This document shows, in pieces, positions 52,254-64,000 of a stretch of DNA of 64,000 nt. The notes beneath the pieces are model-generated. The model saw only the letters and a program-made list of their open reading frames with translations, did not search any database and was not told the DNA's origin. This DNA comes from Ptychomitrium polyphyllum (lineage: Eukaryota). Made by a program: the position numbers and the translations under genes. Positions within the stretch are counted from its first letter, which is position 1. Every line of letters begins with the position of its first letter. Location of the stretch: NCBI GenBank assembly GCA_973851085.1, contig OZ316775.1, forward strand, positions 22,816,001 to 22,880,000. The letters run 5' to 3'.

Positions 52254-53930
52254 ATGAAGTAGGTTACGGAAGTGGTGGTGTGGGTGTTGGCATGGCTGGA
52301 GAGCTATGGCGTTTGTAGTCAAGGTTGGGTAGAGAAACAGCCACTGGTGCCGGCGCTGATATTGTTCGGGGATTCATCAGTGGACGTGGGTAACAACAGC
52401 TTCCTACCCACGCTTGCTAAAAGCGACATCCTGCCTTACGGGCGCGACTTCAACACCAAAACGCCCACTGGCAGATTCACTGAAGGCAGTATGGTAGGTT
52501 CGTGACTCCTTCAAAAGGAAACTGTGAAAAGCTGCATAAGAAACCAGGACTAGGTGCAGATAAGAATTGCAACTTTGCTGCCCTACATTGGGGCGTCTTA
52601 GTTCCTCTAATTTCACAACCAGATCATTATATGGTCGTCATTCCACTTGAGACATTATTGGATTCGGGAAGACAAGTGGGATAGGAATTAATGTACTAAG
52701 GTAAAAGTAATTGTTGCATGGTGTAGCAACGAGGCTGGGTCTGTCCATGTCGTTGCCCTATCTGCACCCCAACGCAACAGGGCAGAATCTCGTGCACGGG
52801 ACCAACTTTGCATCAACGTCAGGATACCTCAATACCACATCGGCATTTCGTGTAATACAACATTCTACACCCTTGGAGTTCAATCTCACTTGCTGGTCGT
52901 GTTCGATAACGGTTATATACTAGCGATAAATCGACGTTGCCTGCTAATCCTGCTGGGGTTGTGCCTATTGTCACAGAACGTGGTGCCAGCTTCGAAGCAG
53001 CTTCAGATGTTTGAGGAGTACGAAGTGAAGCTGGTGGGCGTGATGGGGGCCCAGAAGGCGTCTTGGACGATCTCCGAGTCGCTCTATGTCATCAGCGCCG
53101 GCAGTAACGACTTCATCCTCAACTACTTCGTAAACCCGCCTCCACAACACTGCTCCTCCACCGCACAATTGAACTCGCTGGTGATGTCTAAACAGACGGA
53201 GTTTTTACAGGTACATTAATTAGTGCTACATCAATTAATTAAGGAGCATAATCATGTTCATCTTCAATAATTAGACAAAGTTGCATCTTGTTATGATTGC
53301 ACTGATATTGCATGCATGTGCTATGCAATCATCTCATGTACAGGATCACCACAAAGCAGGAACTCGAAAATTGAGATTCTAGGCTTCCACCCGGAGGTTG
53401 CATTCCAGCCAAATCCCTAACTATGGCGGTCTGGGACAACTGACATGTGTGGAGGTGCAGAACGCCGTTGCTTTGTCATTTAAGAAACACTTCAAGCTGT
53501 TATACCCAAATAGCAGGCCAGCCTGGCTGATTCACGGCTTCTGTATTTGGATGCATACTCACTACTCTGAGAACTATTGAACAATCCTTCCAAATACGGT
53601 ACCGTTTTCACTACCAGTGATCAACATGAGCTCTAATTTTTTGTTGTTGCTCGTGTAAATCTGCGCATCTTACTGTGCACGTTGCTTAGCTTTTGCAACA
53701 ACAATTGTATGGCTGTGGCCAATCCTTTTGTTTCTCTCCTGATGCTTACTGAGCTTTCGCTAAATTTATGCTCTATGAGACGAGACGAGACGAGACGAGC
53801 ATGTTGTGGTCATGGCTTCCTTTCAACAGCTGAGTTTTGCAACTCAAAGACTGAAGGGGCATGTTCAGACGCGTCCAAGTACACTGTACACTCTGCACTG
53901 TACAGTGTGACAGTTGGTCCACCATATTAG
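52254..53930 (+). pseudogene. GDSL esterase/lipase pseudogene
   Basis: Blocks FGDSSVDVGNN, PYGRDF..PTGRF, GTNFAS, SAGSNDF and ACCG are present. Lesions: in-frame stop at codon 3 (ATG AAG TAG), disrupted end of exon 1, frameshifts in exon 4 (~53344-53600), no clear acceptor for the last exon, catalytic DxxH motif destroyed. Confidence 0.85.
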
Positions 53931-56625
53931 CCTCCTGGCTCTTCCATCTCGCCTAGTAGAGGTCTGCTTCTGCTTCTGCTAGCAGTTTGAAGTTAGCCAA
54001 GTTCACATCCAATGTAGACACTACATTGCGTAGCTCTAGTCCAACTAATCCAACTTCAGTGCTTTACTTTCTGTAGCATATATTACACATGTCCAGTTTG
54101 ATTTCTTGCTTATGAGAATCCTGTGTTTAGAATTCTTGTTGTAATTGTCATTTACATGACTTAAATCCACTCTATATATGATATTATGCTATAGGTCTTT
54201 AATTTTTTATAAATAAAAAACTTATCCATATTAATTTCATATTTGGTTCCATATCATTACAACTTGATTAAAGGATCAAATGAAGAGTCATTCAAGATGG
54301 AGACAAAATGTCTTGGAATATAAGACCTCTAGCCCTAATATTTAGAATCTATAATATTTATTAAGTGGATGCCAAATAATATGTGTTTCTTTTGTTGCAA
54401 AAATAAGATCAAAATTCAATGCTATTTCTTGGAGTGTCAAAGATACTTAAAGAATAACAAACCAAATGAAGACCTTTCTCTTTGCCACTTACATTTATAA
54501 TATTGCTTAATTTTACATCCTTTAGAATGAATTCTATAAATACTTTCACATTAAATGACAATATATTGTCTAGCTTAAATCCTCCAAAAGAATGCAAATC
54601 AAAGCTTTTTCAAAAGCTTGCACTTTAAAGGAGGATGAAAAACAAAGCAATGCAAGTTATGTCAACTATGTGTTACTATAAAATTTATAAATTAGCATTA
54701 ATATCCTACAGATTCAAATGGCATCAATGTTTCTAAATGGTTGCTAGATTTTATCAACTTTCAAGTGTAAAGACTTCATCAATAAGTATCCTATATGAAT
54801 ATGCATTTAAATTAATGGTAATTGTAGAAAATACTTACTTTCTACTTCAATTGTAACTTTGAAAATAAAAATATTAGACACTAACTAATTGTTTGTGATG
54901 CAGCTTACTTTTTGATTGTACAATATTGTTATTAGGCCTATTTTATGTTATACAACCAATATATGCATGGAAATAATAGGTAATAAAATTTGCAATGAAG
55001 ACATTTGAATGAGACTTTAAATAATTATATTAACTTTGAAAAAATATTTTTACTTAAAGATGCTATAATAATAAATTGGATTTGTTTCATATTGGAAAAA
55101 TAAGCATTGTTGGGTATGGCACAAAGTACTAAGATTCTTAGATTGCATAAAAGCAATGGAGAAAGTCATTTCTTTCAAAATAAAACATATTATTATTGAT
55201 GATAGAAGATTAGGAATTAAATGTGGAATTTTATAAAAATAGAATAGAAAAAAAGCAACAATTCTCAAGACAATTTCAAAGATTGTTTTACATTCAAATT
55301 GAAAGATTACTACCAAGGTAGCCATGTCATTAGCTATGTGGTATATTTATTAAGAGTGCCACTTTTATGTTAAAAATATATTCATTCCACTTATGATTTT
55401 GTAGGCATAATGCTAATTAATTATAAACTTCATAATGAGATATGCACACAATATGTTGGTACATGATAATTTTAACAAAAACAATATTATTGAACATTAC
55501 AATTAAAAAAGACAATATTTGATAAATTTTTATTGTAACTTTTACAAATATTTCTTTTATTACATCATTATGACTTGAATAGTTGAAGTACAATGAATTT
55601 TTTAATATAATTCAAAGATCTTACATTCTTATATATACTTTTAAATTTTTAAAAATTGGCATTTATAAAAATATTAGATTTTTATTTTTAACCAAAACAT
55701 TCATTCCAATTCTTAGTACCAAAAAGTAATGTTACTGGATCAATTAGGAAGGTATTGACTTTTGACCTTTGGCCTTCAATGTAAATGCCAAGAAAAAAAC
55801 TCTACTTATAGTCTAAACTCGCCTTTAAAATCCAACAAACAAACAAACAGGAATCAATCTAGACCATGACTTTTGAGCAGCATACCAACATGACAACGAA
55901 CAAAAATGTATCAAGAAGAATGCATCTGGCATTGGATGAACATGAGGTAGATGTTGACACTGTTTACAATGAGGGTATTATTGTAAACAGTTTCGGTGCA
56001 GCTAATGGAGCTTCTTGCATAATGACAGGGTCCCCAAAGATTTCCCTGGCTTGTCATAAGCAGATGACTAGCCAAGCTAATAGGCTCTGCATGATGGGAT
56101 TTAGATGGGATTCCCACATTGCTTCCCACCTCTATTTATTGAATAACAAGTTACAGTAACGATTCGTTCAGACAAGATCCTCTGCACGACACGCACAAAC
56201 ATTAACAGAATTTGCGTTCTTCTGCAATACTTTCTAGAGTGTCATTGCTAATCCAAAGGCTACAAGCAACACAGACCAGCATACAAAATTATATTAATTT
56301 CTCTTTCGTAACATCAAAAAGGTGTTCTGAATTTAATTATACAACTACGCACACCCAAAAGTAATTCTCACAAGAATATCATTCCCCTGAGCACGATTGA
56401 CCAGTAACCTCAAATCATACCCTCTTGTATCTACAACTTATCGAAAACAATCAGACCTTCATATATCATTGAATTGGCTTCCTGCAACACTCTCTACGAA
56501 TAAGTGATCCGTCCTAACCCAGAACAAGCTTTAGGGTGAAGTAAATCAATACCTTAAGGATTTCCTGTAAACAGAAATGCTTGATAACCGTGGGATTCAT
56601 AAACAGAAAAAGCTATTCAAATCCT

Positions 56626-59600
56626 TCAAGCTGCTCCTGCTACCATGAGCAACGTGATCCGCACTGGAGGAAGGGCACATAAGACTGTGCTAAAAATTCC
56701 AGTGAGAGCATAGGCAATTGCACAATACGGCAGTGCCTCTGGTTCATTCCCGGCCAACGCTGCCGTTCCCAATCCATGTGCGCTACAGCATATGTTAAGA
56801 CAGATCCAACAAAAGAATTATTGATGTGTACTCGAGCACATCAAGAATGGACTCTGCTTAGTAACAAGGGGCTGGCCTGCAAGGACTCAATGCTTCACGT
56901 TTCGCTAATGAGTCCATAAAATTATTCAAGCTTCCACATGACAACGAACATGAACATAACAGCACTTCATAAGCCAGTCGTTTGCAGCGAGAACTCGCCA
57001 ATTCAGCTATTTCCACATCGTAACTTGCATTCAGTGGCATTCACTTATCATCACGTAATCTAAATTTGCGTGGACTATAAAGCGGCAGCTTGTAGACCAG
57101 CAACAAACCTGGAAGCAGTTGCAGTTCCTCGTGCGATTGGGTCTTTAAACCCAAACTTATCCATCACAATCTGAGCAAAATTTGCTCCGATAAGTCCCGT
57201 GGTAACCACACCAGCAGCCGTAACGGAAGGATTGTTTCCTGTGTCGTCCATGGCCTAAAACGATCAGACATCAAGTAACCAGAGAAATTCGTTGTACATA
57301 TAAGAAAAAAACATAAGAGCTATCTTGCAACTCTACTACGTAATTTCTGCGATTTCAAGGAGAAAAGAAGGTGATATATGTCTAACCTTCAAGTAAGCTG
57401 GCAATGGGAAGTGCCAAAGCTACAGTGACACAGTGAGGAATGATCGCAGTTCTTAGAGACGGTAACAAGCCTAGAAAGCGACCAACAGCTGCCGTCGAGT
57501 ACAAAGAGAAAGCCGATGATACCACCACCGCTGTAATAATTTCTGTTGCGTGCCGCTTTACTATCTACATCAGTTTCCGTATAGATATGAGAAGAGATTC
57601 ATCCAAATTAGTTGGTCACAGGTGTACAGCAAAATCGTAAGTTCATGTTATGAAACTTCCATCCTGTGCCTACCTTCCGTTGTCGATACATAGAGAATGC
57701 AAAAGAGAGAATGACAGGGCCAAGGAATCCATTGAGCATATCACCAGCTCCTGAACTTCCCACACTCTTGGTCATATACTCTCCTGCACAATATTTGGTC
57801 ACCATCAGCTACACCCCTTTAATAAGTGCTATGTACAATTTCAAATATGTAAGCAACACATATTTTAAGGAACGACCCATTATACACATGTACGAACCAC
57901 AAAGTACTCATTCCTAACATTAGGATAAGTTGAGGTAAGGTACAAACCTAAAGTAGCGTCAAATCCTTTGCCTGTTGCAATACCCAAAGCATAAGCACCA
58001 AGTTCCGCTGAAAGAACAATTGCAAGTATGGGATGAAACACGTTCGTTGCTGTCGCAGGTAAACTGCGTGTTTACAAAAAAATTAATACGAATTAGTCAG
58101 AAGATTAAAAATTACAAATCGACCTCAGAGTACTATTGTTTCTAGTGGATAAACGGAAATTAGGCAAACCAAGAGACCATCAGCAGTATTTGCTTACAAA
58201 ACTGATATTAGGTCACTTAAGTGCCTGTAGCTAGAACTTTTCTGATATTGCTGAATTTCCTTTCACTTCCACTTTCAATTTTGATGTTAATATTCATTGC
58301 AGACATAAGGAAAAAGGAATTCATCGATGCCTTCACCTAGTACCCATCAAGTATCCCACAACAGTAGCTGCAAGTAAAAACGGAGCAGCAGTAGTGGCCA
58401 CCGGCCCTAATGCAGTAGGATAACGCACAGCCATGCCAAAGCTGGGGAACATAACGGAAATCCAAGAAAAGCGCTCCGCAGATGTAAAGGGAGATGCCTT
58501 GGGCACAAGGTCTACTGGAAGGAGCTCAGTGTTCACCATCTTTCGCACCTGCACTGCAGTGAAGCCAGCCACAAACAAGGTGCTCATCCATCCTCCAACT
58601 GCAACACATTGTTCAAACCATAGGTCCATGTGACTTGTTCCTTGCAAATCCACACATCTTTGTGGGCGATTTCTTGTGACAACCAGCCGCAAAGTACTCA
58701 ATTGTTAGGATTAAAGAAATCACAAAAGCAATGTTTTTGTTATAGATTGTTAAGCTTGTAGAAATAAGCAGGCAGATAATTAACGTACCTAAGATAGCAC
58801 CGATTTTGGCTCCTTCAATAGCTGGAATGCCCTTCATAGCCAGGGGGGCCACTACCAAGGACGGCACATAGAAAAGAGGCAACCAACGTTGGATAAATAA
58901 ATTGGCTGGCAAGAAGAAGGCTTCTACTTTATTTGCAACATCTGAAACCATTCATGCACACGACATACATGAGTACAGTAACAACTTCAAGTCTTCCCAT
59001 AAATAGTAATGGTATACATGCTGATTGTACGCCACTTTACAATGATGGAAAACCCTACTCTTTATAGAATAACCTGAAAGCACAACAAACCTTTAACCCG
59101 AAATCGTTGTAGCAGGAAAGCAACAATACCAATATTGATGGCGCTAAATGTTGATAGTAGCAGGAATAATAAGAACATTCCAAAAAGTGCGCTGGGAAAT
59201 TGAATATTGTGGTCGAAGAAAACTTTCGTGAGGAATTTATCCAGGACTATAAACGTTCCTAAAGAAAAGACCAGATGTAACGCCTCCTTAACCTGCACAT
59301 CATAAAATCCAAGGCTCTTGGGGACCTGTTCATTTCAATTTGCGCCCAGATCCATCTCTCTCACCGTCTATTTTGAAAATCACCATCCCCATTATACGTC
59401 CTGCTATTCAATTCCTCTTGGTTTCAGAGAATACTATACAAAATGCTGCTTTTCTTGTAAACAAACGAAGCCCAGTAGCCAACAGAGATTGATAGAGCGA
59501 TACTACAATCGGAGAGAAAATGATAGAGGAAAAGCAGAGAGAGAAAATTTCATAGGAGTTGAATGTTTGCCTCCCCAACACACTGTCAGGATTCTCGCTT

Positions 59601-60499
59601 TCCTCATCTCTTTGAATTCCTTCATTTGCCGAGCAATGAAGCATCGTCTCGATACAACTATATTTGTTTAGAAACGGTTTCTCCTCTCTCTGGTTTAGTG
59701 TCGACTCTTTGATTCGCTAAAATTACATCTTCTGAATGCTGTAGTGATTTGACATCCAGTGTGTCTTGAAAAGGGAAGATAGATTTAGATTCCTAAACCC
59801 TAAACCTCGCAGTTAACCTCTTCGGTACGAATGCTCGCCCTGTCGCTAATCTCTGACATTATGCAAGTACAAGCATACGGAGAGCCGGCACGACTTTTAA
59901 AACCTCAGCTCACCCTTACTTGCAAAGGAACCAGAGGAAGCAAGCTTTCAGCTATGGTCAGAGCTGTAGAGAGATCTTACACGGGCGCTTCTACAACTTT
60001 CGAGGTGCCAGCATCCTCGCATCACACTACTATCAAGCAAATTTGGACACGCTACTCCAAATATCTGAACAACGAACGTGTTCGTGGACAGACTAAAACC
60101 TGCAATCACATTCTAAAATATAATTCCTTAACTAAGAATCCTCACAAAAAGTCACTTCGCTCAACACTCCCTTCCAATCAACAAAAATTCCCCCTAACAT
60201 GTCTGACAAGGAGCATACTCATGGACGACTGGTGATCTAGCTCCTCGTCGCCTTCATAACGAATTCCATTTAAGTCTAGTCCAGAAGCATAAAGCAAGGC
60301 AAGGGCCAGTAAGTGAAGGGCCAGTAAGTGAAGGGCCAGTAAGTAAGTAAACAAGCGAAGTAAGCAAGGGACTGACCATGCGCAGAATGGAAGGCAGCGC
60401 GCGGCCATCATCGCCGTGCGTGGACTCCAGCCTGGCCCAGGCCACAAGCGAGCTCAATTGATGGTCAGCAAAAGACGGCGACAAGGAACTTGGCTCCAT
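56626..60499 (-). CDS. PLGG1-like: PLGG1/LrgAB-type membrane transporter (plastidic glycolate/glycerate transporter-like)
   Basis: Minus-strand exons, approx.: 60499-60377 (putative first), 59292-59130, 58941-58788, ~58597-58337, ~58063-57948, ~57783-57674, ~57559-57387, ~57238-57109, 56782-56626. Motifs FPSALFGMF, FIQRWLPLFYVPSLV, GAGDMLNGFLGPVILSFAFSM, TGLIGANF, DPIARG, SAHGLGTAAL..EPEALPYCAIAY. The first exon is the least certain part. Confidence 0.85.
60301..60345. repeat. 15-bp tandem repeat (AAGGGCCAGTAAGTG) x3
   Basis: Directly visible; lies in the putative first intron of the PLGG1-like gene. Confidence 0.9.
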
Positions 60500-60949
60500 G
60501 GCCCAGTGCATAAAATTCTGCGCAAGCTCCTGCTGAAGCTGCCCCTCACTTCTTCTGGCCCCTCTGTCTCTGTGTCTCACTCTCCCCGACTTTCTCTGTC
60601 TCTCTCTCTCCCTGCGCACGTTCCTCGCTTCCTTTCACTTTTGATGCTAAAAGAATAAGATTTGTATAATCTGAATTTAGGTTCTAATTTGGGAATGCAG
60701 TATCTACTTTTGATACAGTTTATTGTTTTTGGTCAGTGAGCCGCTAGAGCCACCCTTGTCCTTCTGCACATGCTATTTATGTCATGGCCATGGAGATCAT
60801 GGACAAGGGTGTTACTTAACTTCTAATGTAAAGGTAAAGGGGATGAATATGAACCTGGAGACTGCATGGTCCTTGCAGGATGAACTTGATCATCTGAAAC
60901 AGCAGCTAATTGTGTCCTCCAAAACCAGACGTATTGCTTCCACCAGCAG

Positions 60950-62150
60950 ATGATTGCCAAAAATGAACAGATTTTAATGCAGGGGCCAAACACATATGAT
61001 GATTTGTGTGCAAATCATCACTTGTCATTAATCTCTGACAGCCACTGGAGCACTTGGCTGAAGGAGATGTTGCAGTGCATTTTTGCAAATCAGCCATTGT
61101 CTGAGATTATCAGCCTTCTGTATGTTTCCAAGGAATGACTGCAGAATGTATGCAGCAGCTCATCCCGAAATATTTGGATTGATAAAACAAAGTGTCTGGA
61201 TGGATCATGAATATGCTTGGGACTTAGGTGACTACATTCCAGATGATTAAGGACATTTAGATGCTATAAATGATGTAGATGATTATACATACATGTTTGT
61301 GTATATATGTGTGCCTTGGTGGATAGCATTAATTCTCATGTTAATCATGATAGATTTCAAGTTTTGGATTCTATCCTTAGTGGGTGTTTAGGGTATCTGA
61401 ACAATCATGCTAGTGTGTGATTATCTGCTTTAGTTTCAATGGAAGAGTTTAGATAACTGGGCAGTGGATGTAGGGGTTGAAGTACAACTTCATTCTAGGG
61501 TAGAGCAGCCAGAAGTGCATGTCCAATTGGATAAGTTTGGAGGTTCATAGAGTAATTGACTGTAAGCACTGTACACAAGGAGGATGTATACAGGCTCTAT
61601 AGATATAAAAAAATTATCCAAAGATGTGTTACTGCTGTAATTCTTGTGATAAAAATGCTTATATTTAATATTGTCTACAGAGAATTGGCATGTTATTGCG
61701 AGTACACCAAAAGAGCAGACAACATAGAACTTTTGAATGGTGGGATGTGTGAGGCCAATAGGATGCTTTTCCATAGGACAAATCATATTCCATCAACTGT
61801 AATGAAAATAGCAAATGTAGGCCTTGAAAACATATCATGTTGAGGTCCTGGCAGTTGGTGGGCATTACTGAAGGGATCTACATAATGGTCCATTGTAAAA
61901 ATTCACTAAGTACCAAAATTTGCTTGAGAAACAAATTGAAAATTCTGATTTTAGCAGTCTCTGCTACCACATGCAGAATCCCCTGTCTCCTGTTGAAATT
62001 GCTGTGGATGTTTCCAGCTGGTGTTGTGTGGTCTACATTTCCCTTACTTGATGAGATGTGCTTGTCATGTGATTTTGATTTTTGACCCAGGATCTAATTG
62101 GTGCAGCTTGATAGCTACTCTGCATCAGGCATGGGGTTAAAGATGGTAGA
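60950..62150 (+). pseudogene. F-box protein pseudogene
   Basis: WSTWLKEMLQCIFANQPLSEIISLLYVSKE* (~61046-61138) fits the F-box consensus (W..LP.E.L..IFA.LP..EI..L..VSK.W) with the final Trp as TGA. After a frameshift it reads CRMYAAAHPEIFGLI, then fragmented ORFs. 3' end is approximate. Confidence 0.65.
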
Positions 62151-62748
62151 GTCTTTCTCCAGGACAAGCCCATTGTCAACAGATACTGCATCACCAAAAC
62201 ATTTGGATTCTTGCATAACAAGCTTCAGTGCCCTATCTGAACATGAAGAATTTTAAATCCCTTGTAGTGAGGGATTGAAGAGAGAGAGAGCGGCACGGTG
62301 ATGTGCCGTAGTGGGCAGCCTGGCTAAATCATCTCCTAGCCTCCGTTGGGTGGGTAATTTCAATTTTGGTTTACCTTAACCTTCTCAAGACTCTATATGG
62401 TATTTCTTGTGCCCCCGGCATACAACAACCTCCTATGTCACTTTTGCTTAGGAATTAGGATTTAGAATACAATCCCACTTTGTATCATAATGGCTGCAAG
62501 TAAATTTAGGGTCCATTGATCGCATTGCCTCTTTCTCAAAATTTGCACTTATCATTGTTTCTAGAGCCTTCATTAGATTTGTTTTGGAATTGTTTGAAAT
62601 GTGCTTCTTGATGTGCAATGGCAAAAGCTTCATCCTCTTGTGTTACATCAGCAATAAGCAAAATATAGGATTCACAATCAAAGTTTTTCCATGATGCAAG
62701 TAGTATTAGCAATTTCCTTTCTTTCCACACTAGACAATTCTTGTGCTG

Positions 62749-64000
62749 TGTGAGCCTAATTTATCTTCCCCTAGTAGTAAGAATATTAGTTCACACAATC
62801 CTACTTCTATATGCAATTATTTATGTCGCGTTATGGTTCAACTAAAAATTGCCTAGTTGACTTAACCTCCAAATTGGAAAAAAATACTCCATATTTAGTC
62901 TAACATTGATGTTGTAGCATCAATTATAATGTAATTCAATAATATATGGCCAACTATATTTTTAAATTACCTACTAATTATCTAGCCGAGCTCTTTCCAA
63001 TCTCAACCTTTAAATCGCTGCTTCAATTCTAAGGGGCAGCCAGATTCCCTGGTACTAATTTGGTTGTTGCCGTCATCTCCGTAGTCCAAAACTCTAGATC
63101 TTTTATTTCTTTGTAACTAGACTTCAAGCAGCTTTAGCGCAATTGAATTTTGTTGTGATTGGACTTGTGACCACCAAGATGTGCCTTGCCAAAGTTGGAC
63201 TTACAAGACTGCCCAATTGAAGGACACCTTCACTTCAAACGGCCGCTATTTCTTCCATGCTTCTTCAAATAGTACTTTCTTTAGCTTGTTGAAAAGCTTA
63301 TAATTCCCTCTACCAATCATTCAAATTTCAATTCCTACACTTGCACAATGAAGGACTAACGGCCCAAAATCCAAGCCCTAATTGTTGCCCCATTTTTGCT
63401 CTAATACTAACTTTCTTTGTTAGACACCTAATCACTTTTTTGCTCATAATCAACTTCCATTTTCTAAAACCTAATTGTGTCAACTAACTTCCAAACCTAT
63501 TTGAAAAAACCTAACTTCGAACCCTAACTTCAAACCTTGACTTCAAAACCTAATTTCAAAACCTAACTTTCTTTGCTTTTTCAAGCAAAAAACCTCTCTT
63601 GCTAAAATCAATGGAGTGCTTCCAACTAAACTTTGCTTAAAAAAAAACTCCCTCTTCTTTATTTCCTTACTTCCTTTTTTATAAGGAGCCTCACTACCTT
63701 ACTCCATTCTCATTGGCTACTGAAATTTCTAGGTCATTTGACCCTAATCCACACTTTGACTTTTTCCTAAATGTAGCTGCTAATCTAATTTCAGCCCTTA
63801 ATCTAAATTTAATTGATTTTCTATATTTCAGCTATTGATTTAAATGTAACTATTATTTTTAATTTAATAATTATTTTAAATTTATTGACTATTCTAAACT
63901 TAGCTATATTCCTAGATTCTAATTATTATTTTAAATATAGTTGATATTCTAAATCTAGATATTTTTAAAGATTTTAGTAGCTATTATAAATATAATTGTT
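62749..64000 (-). mobile_element. LTR-like repeat, copy 2 (inverted, runs off the window edge)
   Basis: Reverse complement shares GCTACATTTA.GAAAAGTCAAAGT.TGGATTAG, GAAATTTCAG, GAAGTTAGG(G)TTTT repeats, TATAAGCTTTTCAACAAGC and the terminal inverted repeat with 19504-21193. Confidence 0.8.

Noticed and set aside
51651..52262. ORFs or a miRNA precursor upstream of the GDSL pseudogene
   Set aside because: No recognisable domain, no known miRNA match and no long hairpin seen; likely the old promoter.
54150..55760. AT-rich tract as a defined transposon
   Set aside because: Probably decayed repeat DNA, but no termini or protein motifs could be identified.
55866..56159. 97-aa ORF downstream of the PLGG1-like gene
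   Set aside because: No motif or splice support; cannot be distinguished from chance.
59408..59644. ORF MLHCSANEG.. as the first exon of the PLGG1-like gene
   Set aside because: No convincing phase-0 donor; the 60499-60377 exon has a better one. Not fully excluded.

Overview
Eukaryotic, intron-rich land-plant DNA. The gene set and the chromovirus-type Gypsy elements suggest a moss such as Physcomitrium (inference only). There are four apparently intact spliced genes: a BAR-domain/Pro-Ser-rich protein (2352-6680 +), a small glyoxalase/VOC protein (8991-9861 +), a ~43-exon UBR-box/RING-H2 E3 ligase (31708-50226 +) and a PLGG1/LrgB-type transporter (56626-~60499 -). Two pseudogenes are present (GDSL lipase, F-box). 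A ~13 kb nested retrotransposon block (11.1-24 kb) holds a deleted Gypsy element, a full-length decayed chromovirus with two LTRs, a ~1.7 kb LTR-like repeat and a truncated Copia, followed by AT-rich DNA to ~30.4 kb. A second, inverted copy of the ~1.7 kb repeat runs off the right edge. Best leads: (i) the UBR ligase has an altered N-degron pocket, no N-terminal extension and a GC-AG intron, so it may be a plant N-recognin lineage distinct from PRT6; (ii) the 1.7 kb repeat hides a decayed ORF and ends in a conserved ~48-bp hairpin; (iii) the PLGG1 homolog has an atypical N-terminus and His in a normally basic motif; (iv) the chromovirus may carry a self-priming PBS. All exon boundaries were read by eye and need RNA-seq confirmation.
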